From positions 921,015 to 985,014 of the forward strand of contig CP064968.1 of assembly GCA_016699245.1 (NCBI GenBank): DNA of 64,000 bases, written 5' to 3'. The stretch's first letter is position 1; each line of letters starts with the position of its first letter. The notes beneath the pieces are model-generated. The model saw only the letters and a program-made list of their open reading frames with translations. It did no database searches and was not told the DNA's origin. Of the stretch, positions 20,270 to 31,952 are shown one piece after another. The position numbers and the translations under genes are program-made. The stretch is from Candidatus Kaiserbacteria bacterium. Lineage in GTDB: Bacteria; Patescibacteriota; Minisyncoccia; Phycocordibacterales; UBA918.

Positions 20270-23011
20270 ATGACACAGAGCATGCAAAAGATTGGATTTT
20301 TCCTTTCTTTCTGTGTGCTTTTTTTAACGCCAACGCTTTCACACGCAGAAGGGTGTGGGAGTATTATTGGCCCAAGAAATTGGTTTGACACTGATACAAT
20401 CGTCTCCACACCAATACCAATGGAAAATTGTAATAACCCTTTTGATGCTACTACCAATACAATTTCTCCCTACGTACTTAAAATCAATGATGTCCTCGTT
20501 TCTGATAATGGTACTGTCGAAGTACCTGAAGGTGGAGCGGTAAAGTATGAAATTGAAGGAGATTCATTACTCACTACACATAGTTCATTTCTTTTTCTTC
20601 ATGATGGTGCGGATTACCGATATATCAATACAAAACCTTCAAAACCAGTAGAATCAGATTTTCGAAAGTTTGCACAAGAATTTTTTTCGCAAGATACTGA
20701 TATAGAAGTATATGTTGCCGCAGCATTGGATCTAGATCTTGTGTATGCAATGAATGAAGATGAGCAAACTGCATTTTGGAAGTATTGGGATTATGTTAAT
20801 CAACAGTATGTCCCACAAACACCCGTCCTACGTGCGGGAACATATACCTATGTGATTCGAGACTATGACATTTTTATAGTTCAACAAAACTTCATCCAGC
20901 GAATATTTTCACATCTTATTCCCACCGCATACGCACAGGAAGAACCCTACATATTTACAATTACCTTTACTCTTGTAGAAGTTCTACCCACCCCCACAGG
21001 AATTTCAAACATTCTCTTCCTCCCGGGGATTATGGGGTCACGACTCTATGAAGAGAGTGATGTATGTGGTTCGTCTATTAAGGAACGAGAGCGGTGGGTA
21101 TCAGGCGATGAGTGTGACCAATTGCGCATGGAGACAAATATTGCTGGTATAAGTAAGTATGATATTTATACAAAACCAGGAGATAATTCGATTGTTGATG
21201 AAACATATTCACTTAACTTATATAAAACTTTCTTTACAAAACTTAACGAATGGAAGGAGGAGGGTATTATCACCGATTACGCAACGGTGCCATATGATTG
21301 GAGATTGCGTCTTGATGATTTGTTGAAAGCTCGCCTAGACCCAGATACGGGAAGAATCAATTATGATGTCTCAGGGACTCTCGAGGACGGATATTTGTAT
21401 CAGACTCTTACTGCTCTTGTTGCGAGTTCAACCACAGGAAAAGTAACTATCGTTGCTCATTCAAATGGAGGTCTTCTCGCTAAAATATTCTTAAGTGCAC
21501 TTCAAAATAAGAATGATCCATTGGCTGGTAAAGTTGATAATCTGATATTGGTTGGAGTTCCCCAAGTTGGAACCCCCGATGCACTTATTGGTATGCTCCA
21601 TGGCACAGAAATTGGTCCAGGGGGAATTATTCTTTCTCAAGAGACGACACGACGATTGATGAGCATGATGCCGTTTGCATACCACCTTTTACCCAATCAA
21701 AATTATTTCAATGGACAGGTGAGTGGCGTTTCTACACCAGTACTCACATTTGAAGATGGAGATAAAACAACGGGGTGGAAGAATGCATTTGGCACCGCAG
21801 GTACTGATGCAAACTCACTATATGATTTTCTTCGCAAAGAGAGTGGTCGTGTTGTTCCCAGTGAAGATGACCTTCTTACACCAGCCGTTGTAGATGGTTT
21901 TCATTTTCAATATGCACGTACAATCGGTCAATTGCTAAATGAATGGACCCCACCTGATACTATGAACGTGTACCAAATTGCTGGTACAGGCATAGATACA
22001 CCATCAGGAATTACTTATTTCACCGACAAGGAGTGTGTCTCACGAAATCCTCTTAAACTATTTGCGTGTACACAGTATGCGCCGAAACTTGGGTATAGAG
22101 TAAATATGACAATCGATGGCGATGCTACTGTAGTGGTGTCGAGTGCGCTTGCAATGAGTGAAAAAGAAAATATTGAGCGCCAGTGGGTTAATTTGTTTGC
22201 GTATAACGCTGACCATTTTGGTTTTGATAGAGTACATAAAGATATATTTGAAGTTGACGACGTTATCCGTTTTATTAAAGCTACGATAGAAGCTAGTACT
22301 ACTGCCACATACACATATGAATATCTCAGTGAGACTGCTTTAGCGCTTCCTGCAGGAGACCGTCTTATCTTTTATCTCCACTCGCCACTTGATATGTCTG
22401 TTGCTACGCAAGAGGGGGTTATCAGTAGTTCCACCAATACTATTCGTGGAGCGACGTACCGGCGATATGGCGAAGTGCAATATATCTCACTTCCACGAGA
22501 GGGTGACGAGAATCACACCATTGTCCTCAATGGCCAATCTGAAGGTTCATTTACTCTCGAAATAGAAGAGTGGGGAAGTGGTGAAATGAAGGATCGACAC
22601 ACCTATGCAGGCATTCCTTCAAGCGCACATACAAAAGTACAGATGGAAATACAAAATACTACTTCTATAGCAGATGCAGTGCTTGAGGTTGACTATGATG
22701 GTAATGGAACTAAGGACATCATATATAATACAAGTGGTGAGGTAGTTGTGCCGGTTACTTACGACATACTAAGAAGCGCAATCCAAGCACTTCCACTAAA
22801 AGTAACACTCAAAAAAGTACTTCTCACAACTGCAATTATTGCAGAGCAATATCATGAGAAATCACTCACGAAAGATGCATACTCAAAGCTAGAAATAACG
22901 GCACTACAATTGTTGAAGCAGCAGATCATTCTCTACACACGACTACGTCTCCTCACTCAGACAGAAGGACAAAACATTATTGCGATTATTGGAGGTCTAG
23001 TTAAAAAATAA
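20270..23011 (+). CDS. Large secreted alpha/beta-hydrolase (LCAT/PGAP1-like lipase-esterase), 913 aa
   Basis: Signal peptide ending LSHAEG. FLPGIMGSRLY is LCAT-family N-terminal motif-like. VTIVAHSNGGLL is a GxSxG nucleophile elbow. Long beta-rich C-terminal region. Confidence 0.65.
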   Translation: MTQSMQKIGFFLSFCVLFLTPTLSHAEGCGSIIGPRNWFDTDTIVSTPIPMENCNNPFDATTNTISPYVLKINDVLVSDNGTVEVPEGGAVKYEIEGDSLLTTHSSFLFLHDGADYRYINTKPSKPVESDFRKFAQEFFSQDTDIEVYVAAALDLDLVYAMNEDEQTAFWKYWDYVNQQYVPQTPVLRAGTYTYVIRDYDIFIVQQNFIQRIFSHLIPTAYAQEEPYIFTITFTLVEVLPTPTGISNILFLPGIMGSRLYEESDVCGSSIKERERWVSGDECDQLRMETNIAGISKYDIYTKPGDNSIVDETYSLNLYKTFFTKLNEWKEEGIITDYATVPYDWRLRLDDLLKARLDPDTGRINYDVSGTLEDGYLYQTLTALVASSTTGKVTIVAHSNGGLLAKIFLSALQNKNDPLAGKVDNLILVGVPQVGTPDALIGMLHGTEIGPGGIILSQETTRRLMSMMPFAYHLLPNQNYFNGQVSGVSTPVLTFEDGDKTTGWKNAFGTAGTDANSLYDFLRKESGRVVPSEDDLLTPAVVDGFHFQYARTIGQLLNEWTPPDTMNVYQIAGTGIDTPSGITYFTDKECVSRNPLKLFACTQYAPKLGYRVNMTIDGDATVVVSSALAMSEKENIERQWVNLFAYNADHFGFDRVHKDIFEVDDVIRFIKATIEASTTATYTYEYLSETALALPAGDRLIFYLHSPLDMSVATQEGVISSSTNTIRGATYRRYGEVQYISLPREGDENHTIVLNGQSEGSFTLEIEEWGSGEMKDRHTYAGIPSSAHTKVQMEIQNTTSIADAVLEVDYDGNGTKDIIYNTSGEVVVPVTYDILRSAIQALPLKVTLKKVLLTTAIIAEQYHEKSLTKDAYSKLEITALQLLKQQIILYTRLRLLTQTEGQNIIAIIGGLVKK

Positions 23012-23016
23012 AATAT

Positions 23017-23445
23017 ATGAAAAACACACTAATTATTACAAATATTTTCTTATTCACTAGCTTTTTATTTTTTAGTTATTTTAAAGGATATTATGGTCCG
23101 AGATTTTGTATACCGTTTGAACATGCTGACCATTGTTTCTATTTATATCTCGTTATTAAAGATACGATAGGGATTTTCACAATAATTTTTCTACCTGTAT
23201 CAATACTAGTTTGCTTTTGTAAAGACTCGGTAGTAATTAAATGGTGGAAATTTGCTCGCGTTGTCATTCCACTCATTTTAATTATTTCAACTATCATAAA
23301 TCTTGGTTTTCACCATAACCCAGGTGGATTCATGAATTTAGATAATATGTTTGATATCCCTGCACAGATGCTTATGTACGGCATTTTTGTCATTGGTTCA
23401 GTTATTCAAATTGTCCGTGGGTATCGAGTAAGTAGAGCGAGGTAG
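23017..23445 (+). CDS. Hypothetical integral membrane protein (142 aa, 4 TM)
   Basis: Hydrophobicity pattern. Immediately follows the lipase gene. Confidence 0.45.
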   Translation: MKNTLIITNIFLFTSFLFFSYFKGYYGPRFCIPFEHADHCFYLYLVIKDTIGIFTIIFLPVSILVCFCKDSVVIKWWKFARVVIPLILIISTIINLGFHHNPGGFMNLDNMFDIPAQMLMYGIFVIGSVIQIVRGYRVSRAR

Positions 23446-23571
23446 TTAGGTAAATAGTGTCCCTATTACTTCCCATCACGATTATTATTTTTTGGTGTTG
23501 AATCCTTTATTCAGATTGTGTGTGGGTATCGCGTAAGGAGTGACCGTATAAGATTAAATCATAAGTAATTC

Positions 23572-24534
23572 ATGTCACGAGTAAGTAAAGCAGTCCTAAT
23601 AATAACTTTTTTTGGGTGTGTTTTTTTGTTTGTAATTGCATACGAAATGAATAATGGTTACTATCAGCATGATACGCAAGAAAATATCATAATTACTGAC
23701 ACTGACACTGACACTGACCCTGACCCTGACCCTGACACACAAAATACACTCGTACAGGAAACACCTGTCGTCACTGCTTTTGATCAAGCCGTAACCATTT
23801 CAACGACCGAGACTCAGGTGTCAGAGAGTGTGCGTAATGCTCGCCGAATTCTTGATGGAGAAATCACTTTTGAGGAAGCACTTAAACAGAAGTTATTGAT
23901 TAGTTCGGATGATTTTTTAATTGTTAAAAATCCTCGGATAGTGCCACTGACTTTTGTGAATGGACACGAAGAGCAGGTCTCTGGTATTCAGACATCACAT
24001 AACACTTCACTGACAGTAGGGAATGGTGATGAAGAAATACTTGAAATGTATGTAACAGACGATAGTGGGAGATATACAGGAACAATACCATTACCCAAGG
24101 AGTACGGATTTGTATATGAGCAAGTACCAAGACTCGAATATGATAGATTTGCTGGGAATATATACTTCCGTTTTGATGCTGCCTCTACATCGGCGACAGT
24201 GTTTCTCTTTGGAAAGAAGATACAAATAGCAAACATATTCGTCTCTGTTTCTGATGAAGAAATTACTCAAATTTCTTTTCCTGTCTCATCTCGAACTGTT
24301 GGATCGGTGCGTATTGAACGTACAGATGATAGCATTACACTTCATAAATGGAATTTTGACTTTGATGGTAACGGCACAACTGATGTATCAATCGGCAACA
24401 AGGATTACTTGTCAATTTCTGATCTTGAAGTTGCTTTTGATACAATCAGTAATGACCCATTACTTTCTCAGGATGAACGCTCAATGGTTTTGGCATGGAA
24501 AGACTCATACATAAGTTTAATTAATGATAGATAG
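23572..24534 (+). CDS. N-terminally anchored extracellular hypothetical protein with (TD)4(PD)3 repeat
   Basis: N-terminal TM, then TDTDTDTDPDPDPD encoded by the hexanucleotide repeat (ACTGAC)4(CCTGAC)3 at 23695-23736. Confidence 0.5.
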   Translation: MSRVSKAVLIITFFGCVFLFVIAYEMNNGYYQHDTQENIIITDTDTDTDPDPDPDTQNTLVQETPVVTAFDQAVTISTTETQVSESVRNARRILDGEITFEEALKQKLLISSDDFLIVKNPRIVPLTFVNGHEEQVSGIQTSHNTSLTVGNGDEEILEMYVTDDSGRYTGTIPLPKEYGFVYEQVPRLEYDRFAGNIYFRFDAASTSATVFLFGKKIQIANIFVSVSDEEITQISFPVSSRTVGSVRIERTDDSITLHKWNFDFDGNGTTDVSIGNKDYLSISDLEVAFDTISNDPLLSQDERSMVLAWKDSYISLINDR

Positions 24535-24667
24535 AAAGACTCAAAATAGCAGTGTATACTAGTATCAATGTTCAACAAAACATTTTATCGGTTCCTTTTT
24601 GGGTTCCTTGCCATTATTGCTTCGACACTCGTGGTGATTTTGCTCGTGGGCTCTACACAAGAATAAT

Positions 24668-25147
24668 ATGCGTATCACTGATCAATATTTTTGGAATTTT
24701 GTTTTTTTCCTCTTCTTTATTTGTCTCGCTGTAATGGCGACCATTATCCTCCAAGATGAGGCGATTAAAACGTATGAATCACTTGTGCTCGGAGACTACG
24801 TCCTCATGACACTCGCAGCATTTCGCATCGTACGCGCTACCGTGTATGACAAGGCTTTCGCCTTCCTCCGTGAACAGTTTTACGACGTCTCTGAATACAA
24901 AGGGAAGGTGGTACTGGTAAAGCCCGAGAGCGGGCCACGTCGCACCCTTGCCGATCTCCTTACCTGCCCATGGTGTGTGGGTATGTGGGCGGTATTTATG
25001 GTTTCGTTTTTCTATATGCTTTCTCCGTATGCCTTTTACCCCGTACTCATCCTCGCGCTCTCGGGTGTGGCATCGGTGCTCCAAATATTGGCAAATCTCA
25101 TTGGATGGAAAGCAGAGCAGACGAAGTACGATGTAGAAGGGAGGTAG
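24668..25147 (+). CDS. DUF1360-family membrane protein
   Basis: LTCPWCVGMW motif and TM topology characteristic of DUF1360. Confidence 0.65.
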   Translation: MRITDQYFWNFVFFLFFICLAVMATIILQDEAIKTYESLVLGDYVLMTLAAFRIVRATVYDKAFAFLREQFYDVSEYKGKVVLVKPESGPRRTLADLLTCPWCVGMWAVFMVSFFYMLSPYAFYPVLILALSGVASVLQILANLIGWKAEQTKYDVEGR

Positions 25148-25380
25148 AGAAGGGGGAGAAAAGCGCTCGCGACCTTTGGTCGGGGGCGCTTTTCATTTTG
25201 TAAAACTCTGGTATAGTTGCTCCCGTACAGGCTCAAGACAGCCGGTCTGCGCATGCAGGTAATTGGATATACATCCAGCCAGCCGAGGTCCCACTCTATT
25301 TTTAGCGGGGGTCGAAACCACAGTCTATACAGGCACTGCCTGTTTGTCTCGTACATATTATTGGTTTCACACATATTATT

Positions 25381-25860
25381 GTGGCAATCACAAAAGCAAA
25401 GAAGCAGGATATCCTCGCAAAGCTTGAGGGTATCAAAAAGGAAGCCGAAACTCTCGTATTCGTGAGCTTCAAGGGAGTTACCGTAAAGGAAACTACCGCA
25501 ATGCGTCGCGCACTTAAGGAGGCAGGCGTCGGCTACTTTGTAGCAAAGAAGACACTCATGAAGCGCGTGTTCACGGGCTACGAAGGCGAAATGCCTGAAC
25601 TCGAAGGTGAAATCGCTGTTGCATACAGCAGTGATGCAATCGCTCCTGCACAAAACGTGAAGGACTTCGCAAAGAAGTACAAGGACGCAGTTGCTATCGT
25701 TGGAGGAGTTTTCCAGGGCGTATTCAAAAACAAGGCAGAGATGACTGAAATCGCATCGATTCCATCACTCCAGGTACTCCGTGGTATGTTTGCACAACTT
25801 ATCAATTCACCACGTCAGCGTTTTGCGGTGGTATTGAGTAAGGTGGCGGAGACGAAGTAG
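25381..25860 (+). CDS. rplJ: 50S ribosomal protein L10 (GTG start)
   Basis: L10-like sequence, directly upstream of rplL. Confidence 0.8.
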   Translation: MAITKAKKQDILAKLEGIKKEAETLVFVSFKGVTVKETTAMRRALKEAGVGYFVAKKTLMKRVFTGYEGEMPELEGEIAVAYSSDAIAPAQNVKDFAKKYKDAVAIVGGVFQGVFKNKAEMTEIASIPSLQVLRGMFAQLINSPRQRFAVVLSKVAETK

Positions 25861-25981
25861 GGGATAGTATTAATTAATAAGAAGTAGGGTTTGGAACTGG
25901 TGCGTGGTAAAAATTCATTAGGAATAGAATTTTTCCACGGCCAAGATTTTCTACATTCACTACGTTCATAAGAAAATTGGC

Positions 25982-26344
25982 ATGACACAAGCAGAAATTA
26001 TTGAGGCAGTAGAAAAAATGACTGTTCTCGAACTCAACGAACTCGTAAAGACTATTGAAGAGAAGTGGGGCGTATCAGCAGCTGCAGTAGCAGTAGCAGG
26101 TCCAGCAGCAGGAGGTGAGGCAGCAGAGGAGCAGAGCGCTTTCACCGTAGAGCTCACTGAATCAGGCGCACAGAAGATTGCTGTTATCAAGGTGGTAAAG
26201 GAAGTACTTGGTCTCGGTCTCAAGGAGGCTAAGGATCTCGTAGACGCAGCACCATCAGTGGTTAAGGAAGGTCTCAAGAAGGAAGATGCTGAGGCACTCA
26301 AGGTAAAGCTTGAGGAGGCTGGAGCAAAAGTTACCTTGAAATAA
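25982..26344 (+). CDS. rplL: 50S ribosomal protein L7/L12
   Basis: N-terminal dimerisation helix, Ala/Gly/Glu hinge, C-terminal [22 protein letters not shown]... Confidence 0.9.
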   Translation: MTQAEIIEAVEKMTVLELNELVKTIEEKWGVSAAAVAVAGPAAGGEAAEEQSAFTVELTESGAQKIAVIKVVKEVLGLGLKEAKDLVDAAPSVVKEGLKKEDAEALKVKLEEAGAKVTLK

Positions 26345-26351
26345 GGTTTCT

Positions 26352-26392
26352 TATAAAATAAAAGGCTCGGACTTTCGTCCGAGCCTTTTATT
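26352..26392 (+). terminator. Rho-independent terminator after rplL
   Basis: aaaaggctcggactttcgtccgagccttttatttt. Confidence 0.75.
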
Positions 26393-26730
26393 TTATGTAA
26401 AACCTTTCAAGGTAACTTTTGAACCGCAGCGCCGCGTCCGGGGGACGAGGAAGGCGCGAGGTGGGGCCGAGAGTTCTTACTATCTTTTAGAACGAAGTGA
26501 ATAAAAGTAGTTAGAAACTCGTGGCAAGGTAACACTCAAATAATAACCACAAAAAAAAGCGGTCACATGACCGCTTTTTTTTGTGGTTAAAAATTAATGA
26601 GTGAATTTCATTGACAGACTGGTGATGGATAGGTATTGTTCGCATAGTTTGTTCTCCTAGGAGAACAGCCCGAAAGGGTTATTTTGTTCATCTCCGAGGA
26701 GATGTTCTTTCAGAGAGTGGAGGATTCACA

Positions 26731-27780
26731 ATGACGGATTCAAAACAAGTGCCTGAAATCAAGCAACTCCCCATTGCTGAGCAGATGGAACGGCTCGAGA
26801 CATGGGTGCGTGGCCATTTTAAGCTGTTCAACAAATATCGAGGTGGGAAACTCAATGGCTTTGGCCAGTACGAGTTTCTTCAGCCAGACAGGGCGGTGTC
26901 CCCTACGGCAGACCTGAAGTGCTATGACCAGTTGGTTGGTGACGTGCGCGTTCTCCGGAACGCGCTCGCGGTACTGCACCGAGATGGATGTTCCACTGCT
27001 GCTGAAGCATTGTGGGATGCCCTGCTTTACTCAGACCGCTATGAGCGACCGTATCAACTACCTTTTGAAAATGAGGAACTTGATGAGTTGGAGCCGATGG
27101 TGCTACTCATGTTTGAACCAGTAAAGTCATTTCAAATCATGAAGTGGTACCCAAGCAGTTGGTATCAACTCGACCGACTTTTTGGCGAGGATACGGATAC
27201 AGTTCTGACCGATGAGTCACGGGCCGTTGCACAAATGCTCCCGAGTCTCAAGAAGTATTGGGAAAAAAGGCGGAGGTCTCGTGGTCCTTCCCATGGTGAT
27301 ATTTTTGAAGCCATCGGGGAGGACATACTCGGTCCATTTGGTGGTATGCAGGAATGGTTTGATGTACGTGAGTACGGGTCACCAGTTGCTGCACTGTATA
27401 CGGGTGACACTTGCTCTGCTGGAATGGGTAGCACTCATCTTTATGCTCATGATGCATACAATGGTGTGGCGTTTGCATACCTATTGCGCAATGTGCATCA
27501 GAAGGATGTCTTGGAGAGGATTCCAAGGGCTTTACAAGGAAGCGTGGCGACCTGGCAGTTTGAGGTCTACAAGAAAACTTGGAATGGCGTCCCCAGGCAT
27601 AAGGTAATGCTTATTCCCGAAGATGAATTCGCCTGTTGGCAGGGGATTCATAAGTCCTCGGTAAGTAGGAGTATCTCGGCTGGGTACATGGCGGTATACA
27701 ACCCGTCAAAAGTATTTGAAACCACACCAGGTGGTATTGCGCGAGATATGAAATCAACACTCGTGCTCGACAATCGGTAG
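26731..27780 (+). CDS. Hypothetical protein (349 aa), GC-rich, with strong Shine-Dalgarno motif; candidate horizontally acquired gene
   Basis: GGAGGA 7 nt upstream of ATG. About 52% GC with GC3-rich codons, unlike the neighbours. Terminator at 27800-27830. Confidence 0.5.
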   Translation: MTDSKQVPEIKQLPIAEQMERLETWVRGHFKLFNKYRGGKLNGFGQYEFLQPDRAVSPTADLKCYDQLVGDVRVLRNALAVLHRDGCSTAAEALWDALLYSDRYERPYQLPFENEELDELEPMVLLMFEPVKSFQIMKWYPSSWYQLDRLFGEDTDTVLTDESRAVAQMLPSLKKYWEKRRRSRGPSHGDIFEAIGEDILGPFGGMQEWFDVREYGSPVAALYTGDTCSAGMGSTHLYAHDAYNGVAFAYLLRNVHQKDVLERIPRALQGSVATWQFEVYKKTWNGVPRHKVMLIPEDEFACWQGIHKSSVSRSISAGYMAVYNPSKVFETTPGGIARDMKSTLVLDNR

Positions 27781-28263
27781 TCCTTTGTACGGCTTTATGA
27801 CGGGGTCCTCGTGACCCCGTCTTTTTTATTGAAGACCAAAAACAAAACCCCGCGGATGCAGGGCTTTTTGATGGGGATGAAGTTACATTTTCTGCCATTT
27901 TCCGAGGAGCCAAAATGCAAGAGATATGGTGGTTGTGATACCTCCCATCACAGCTATATTGGTAACCGTCAATTGCCCGCGAAAGAGCAGGATGATCCAG
28001 CCAATTAAGGAGCCTACGATTATCCCCACCAAAATACGTTTGTTGTAACTCATGATGACCTTTCTGCTCACGAGGGAGCGGTGTGATAGAACAAAGCCTT
28101 TATGAGGCCATTAGTGCAAACTGTACTTATACTATACAACATAAAATAAAAAAAGCAAACGGTGTCACGACAACCGCCACTTCCTCTATATCTCTAGAGA
28201 GATCAATTTTTAAGCAAAACAAAAGCCCCGCGGATGCAGGGCTTTGACTAAGCTTCGGCTTTC

Positions 28264-28569
28264 TCACTCAAAGACCAGGTCTATGAGTTTGAGAGCGGAT
28301 TCAGGAATTGTGAACGGATGGTAACATCTTTCACACACGAGCAACTTCTTATGTGTAGAGACACTGATATGCTTCATGCGTCCACCGCAACAAGCGCCGG
28401 CGAGAGGATTGCCCTCGTTATCACCACCGTGTAACAGTGTCAGTGTCGGCGAATCAATTTCTTGATTCAAAATTTCAAGATGATGAGCCTCTCCTTCAAA
28501 AATGTTGGTTGAGACAACCAAAGAACCATAGTGGTCTGGTAAAACACATACTTTAAAATACGGTACCAT
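28264..28569 (-). CDS. Hypothetical protein (101 aa), Cys-rich (CCGG...CERC)
   Basis: ORF flanked by repeated ccccgcggatgcaggg hairpins. Confidence 0.35.
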   Translation of the reverse strand: MVPYFKVCVLPDHYGSLVVSTNIFEGEAHHLEILNQEIDSPTLTLLHGGDNEGNPLAGACCGGRMKHISVSTHKKLLVCERCYHPFTIPESALKLIDLVFE

Positions 28570-28689
28570 ACAGAAACCTCCAGAAATAACTGTTGTACTT
28601 ATATCACAAAAATCAATGGAATCAAAAAAACTCCCTAGGGTTCCCCTAGGGAGTTCTAGAGTGAAAAAACGCCGTGATATACTTCTCTT

Positions 28690-28956
28690 ATGAAAAATAT
28701 CCTTCTTCTTGCTCTTGCTCTTGCATTACCATCGGTAACATTTGCGTGTGGTGGTACCACTCCTGAATTTGTGCTAATCGGACTACTACCACCCGCTCTA
28801 TTTCTCTTCATGGTGTACCGATTATTTCTACGAAAGTATAAGCTTTCCCACCCGCTCCGCGCTCGAGTAATTCTATTAATATGCATAGCAGTTGCTGTAT
28901 TCTGGACTTATGCTGTGTTCATGATGTTCGCATCTTCGACTTGTACGGTATTATAG
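28690..28956 (+). CDS. Small hypothetical membrane protein with signal peptide
   Basis: Signal-peptide-like N-terminus and two further hydrophobic helices. Confidence 0.35.
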   Translation: MKNILLLALALALPSVTFACGGTTPEFVLIGLLPPALFLFMVYRLFLRKYKLSHPLRARVILLICIAVAVFWTYAVFMMFASSTCTVL

Positions 28957-29029
28957 CGGGATTGGTTCACCCACGACACCCGCCTCTTTCTCTGTCTAGG
29001 GTTGCGGGGGAGGGAGGTATGCTATAATT

Positions 29030-29662
29030 TTGGCCATTATGTCAGACCCACTCGCAATCCTTTTTGGGAATCAAGCACGTGTCAAATTACTTCGTTTTTT
29101 TCTTTTTAACCCATCGCAGGAATTTAGCCTTGATGATATTAGTCGTCGTGCAAAACTGGTGCGTCGCACCGCGCGTACGGAGATCAATGCGCTTGAACGT
29201 GCTGAGATAATTAAGAAGAAGATTATTTTTGCGAAGCACGCGACACGCGATATCAAGGTGCGTATGCAGGGGTACATGCTCAATACCAAGTCACCACAGT
29301 TGCAGTCTCTGCAAACATTTCTTTTTGAAACTGCACCGATAAATGGTGAGACGGTGATGAAGCATTTGCGCAAGGTGGGGCCACTCGATTTTGTGGCATG
29401 TACGGGTATCTTCACACGTGAGTTTGATAGACGGCTCGACCTCCTCATTGCGATGAAGAAGATGAATGAATCAAAAGTAGAGGTAGCAATACGCGCACTC
29501 GAAGCGGAAATTGGTATTGAGATTCGTTATGCCACATTTGCCTCTGCTGATTTGCTCTACCGTGTGGGTATGAATGATAAACTGACGCGTGATGTATTTG
29601 ATTATCCGTACATTGTACTTGTCGATAAAATAGGCATTCGAAACGAACTCTCAGCGCCGTAA
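29030..29662 (+). CDS. Hypothetical protein with N-terminal winged-helix-like region (210 aa)
   Basis: ORF only. The N-terminal ...ARVKLLRFFLFNPSQEFSLDDISRRAKL... is wHTH-like. Confidence 0.45.
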   Translation: MAIMSDPLAILFGNQARVKLLRFFLFNPSQEFSLDDISRRAKLVRRTARTEINALERAEIIKKKIIFAKHATRDIKVRMQGYMLNTKSPQLQSLQTFLFETAPINGETVMKHLRKVGPLDFVACTGIFTREFDRRLDLLIAMKKMNESKVEVAIRALEAEIGIEIRYATFASADLLYRVGMNDKLTRDVFDYPYIVLVDKIGIRNELSAP

Positions 29663-29689
29663 AAAGGGGTGCTCCCTCTACACAAAAAA

Positions 29690-30720
<1,031 letters not shown>

Positions 30721-31906
30721 CTTTTTTGCGCAGAGAGGGCACCCAACCCGCATCCACCTCTAAATGCTTGACTCTGTAACGGATTCATATATAATGGCGC
30801 CTACGTGTTTATGAGTATTACCAGAAAGACCCAGTAGCGGACAGACATCGCCTAGCGAGTTTGACCGCATGCGCGGTTTTTTTAGTCAAAAAACTTCGGA
30901 AGAGTTTTGGAAAAGTATTCAAGTGAAACGCAAGATTTTTGAAAATTGCATATTCTAGAGACGAGGTTGATAAGGCCTCGTTTCGAAAGACCTATGTGCT
31001 CGACACACATAGGCGTGTTCTCAATATCTTCGGATATTGAGAACAACAGGTAAGCGTATGTTGCGTAAAGACAATTGTGCATTGCACGGGTCTTTTCGTC
31101 CGCAACATACACAACACATTAAGTCGTGTCAGAGTATGTATCTCTGATACGCACACTCAAAAATTGTACAGCGGTGTACAGCGTTCAACTAAGTGAATGC
31201 AAGACTGCGAAAGCGGTGTATAGCATTCCTTCGAATGGAGCGAGCGAGAATCGCACGAAAGTTTACTTTCGTATGATCGAGCGAGCGAACATTCCAAGGA
31301 GATAATGTTAGATACCCATTAAGCGGTGTACAGCATTCCTTACAGGAATGTTAAGGGTGTATGGTGGATGCCTAGGCTTCAAAGAGCGATGAAGGACGTG
31401 GTATGGCTGCGTTAAGCTCCGGTAAGATGCCAAACAATCGTTATAACCGGAGATGTCCGAATGAGGAAACTCACCTGCTTACGGCAGGTACCCTTGTATG
31501 AGGGAGCGTACCCAGTGAAGTGAAACATCACAGTAGCTGGAGGAAAAGAAAGCAAAAAACGGGACTTTCTTTCTGGTTGGAAAATCGAGTGGATTTATTC
31601 ACGCGATTTACCATTACGACCAGGAAGAAGGTCCTCGCGATCCCCTGAGTAGCGGCGAGCGAAACGGGATGAGCCCAAACCATTCGTGTTTACATGAATG
31701 GGGTTGTAGGGCAGAGACGTCATTTAGTTGAGAAGAGTTACAAATTGGTGTGATAACAAAACGCGTTGGGAAGCGCGACCCCAGTAGGTAATAGTCCTGT
31801 ATGTGAAATTGCATCAACTCTTTTGTTTCTGTTCCTGAGTAGTTCGGGACACGAATAGCCCGAATGAATCTGCCAGAACTAACTGGTAAGGCTAAATATC
31901 TTTGAA

Positions 31907-31952
<46 letters not shown>

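Noticed and set aside
25036-25653. 205-aa minus-strand ORF
   Set aside because: Antisense to rplJ and the DUF1360 gene. It is a long open frame opposite a conserved gene with no motifs of its own.
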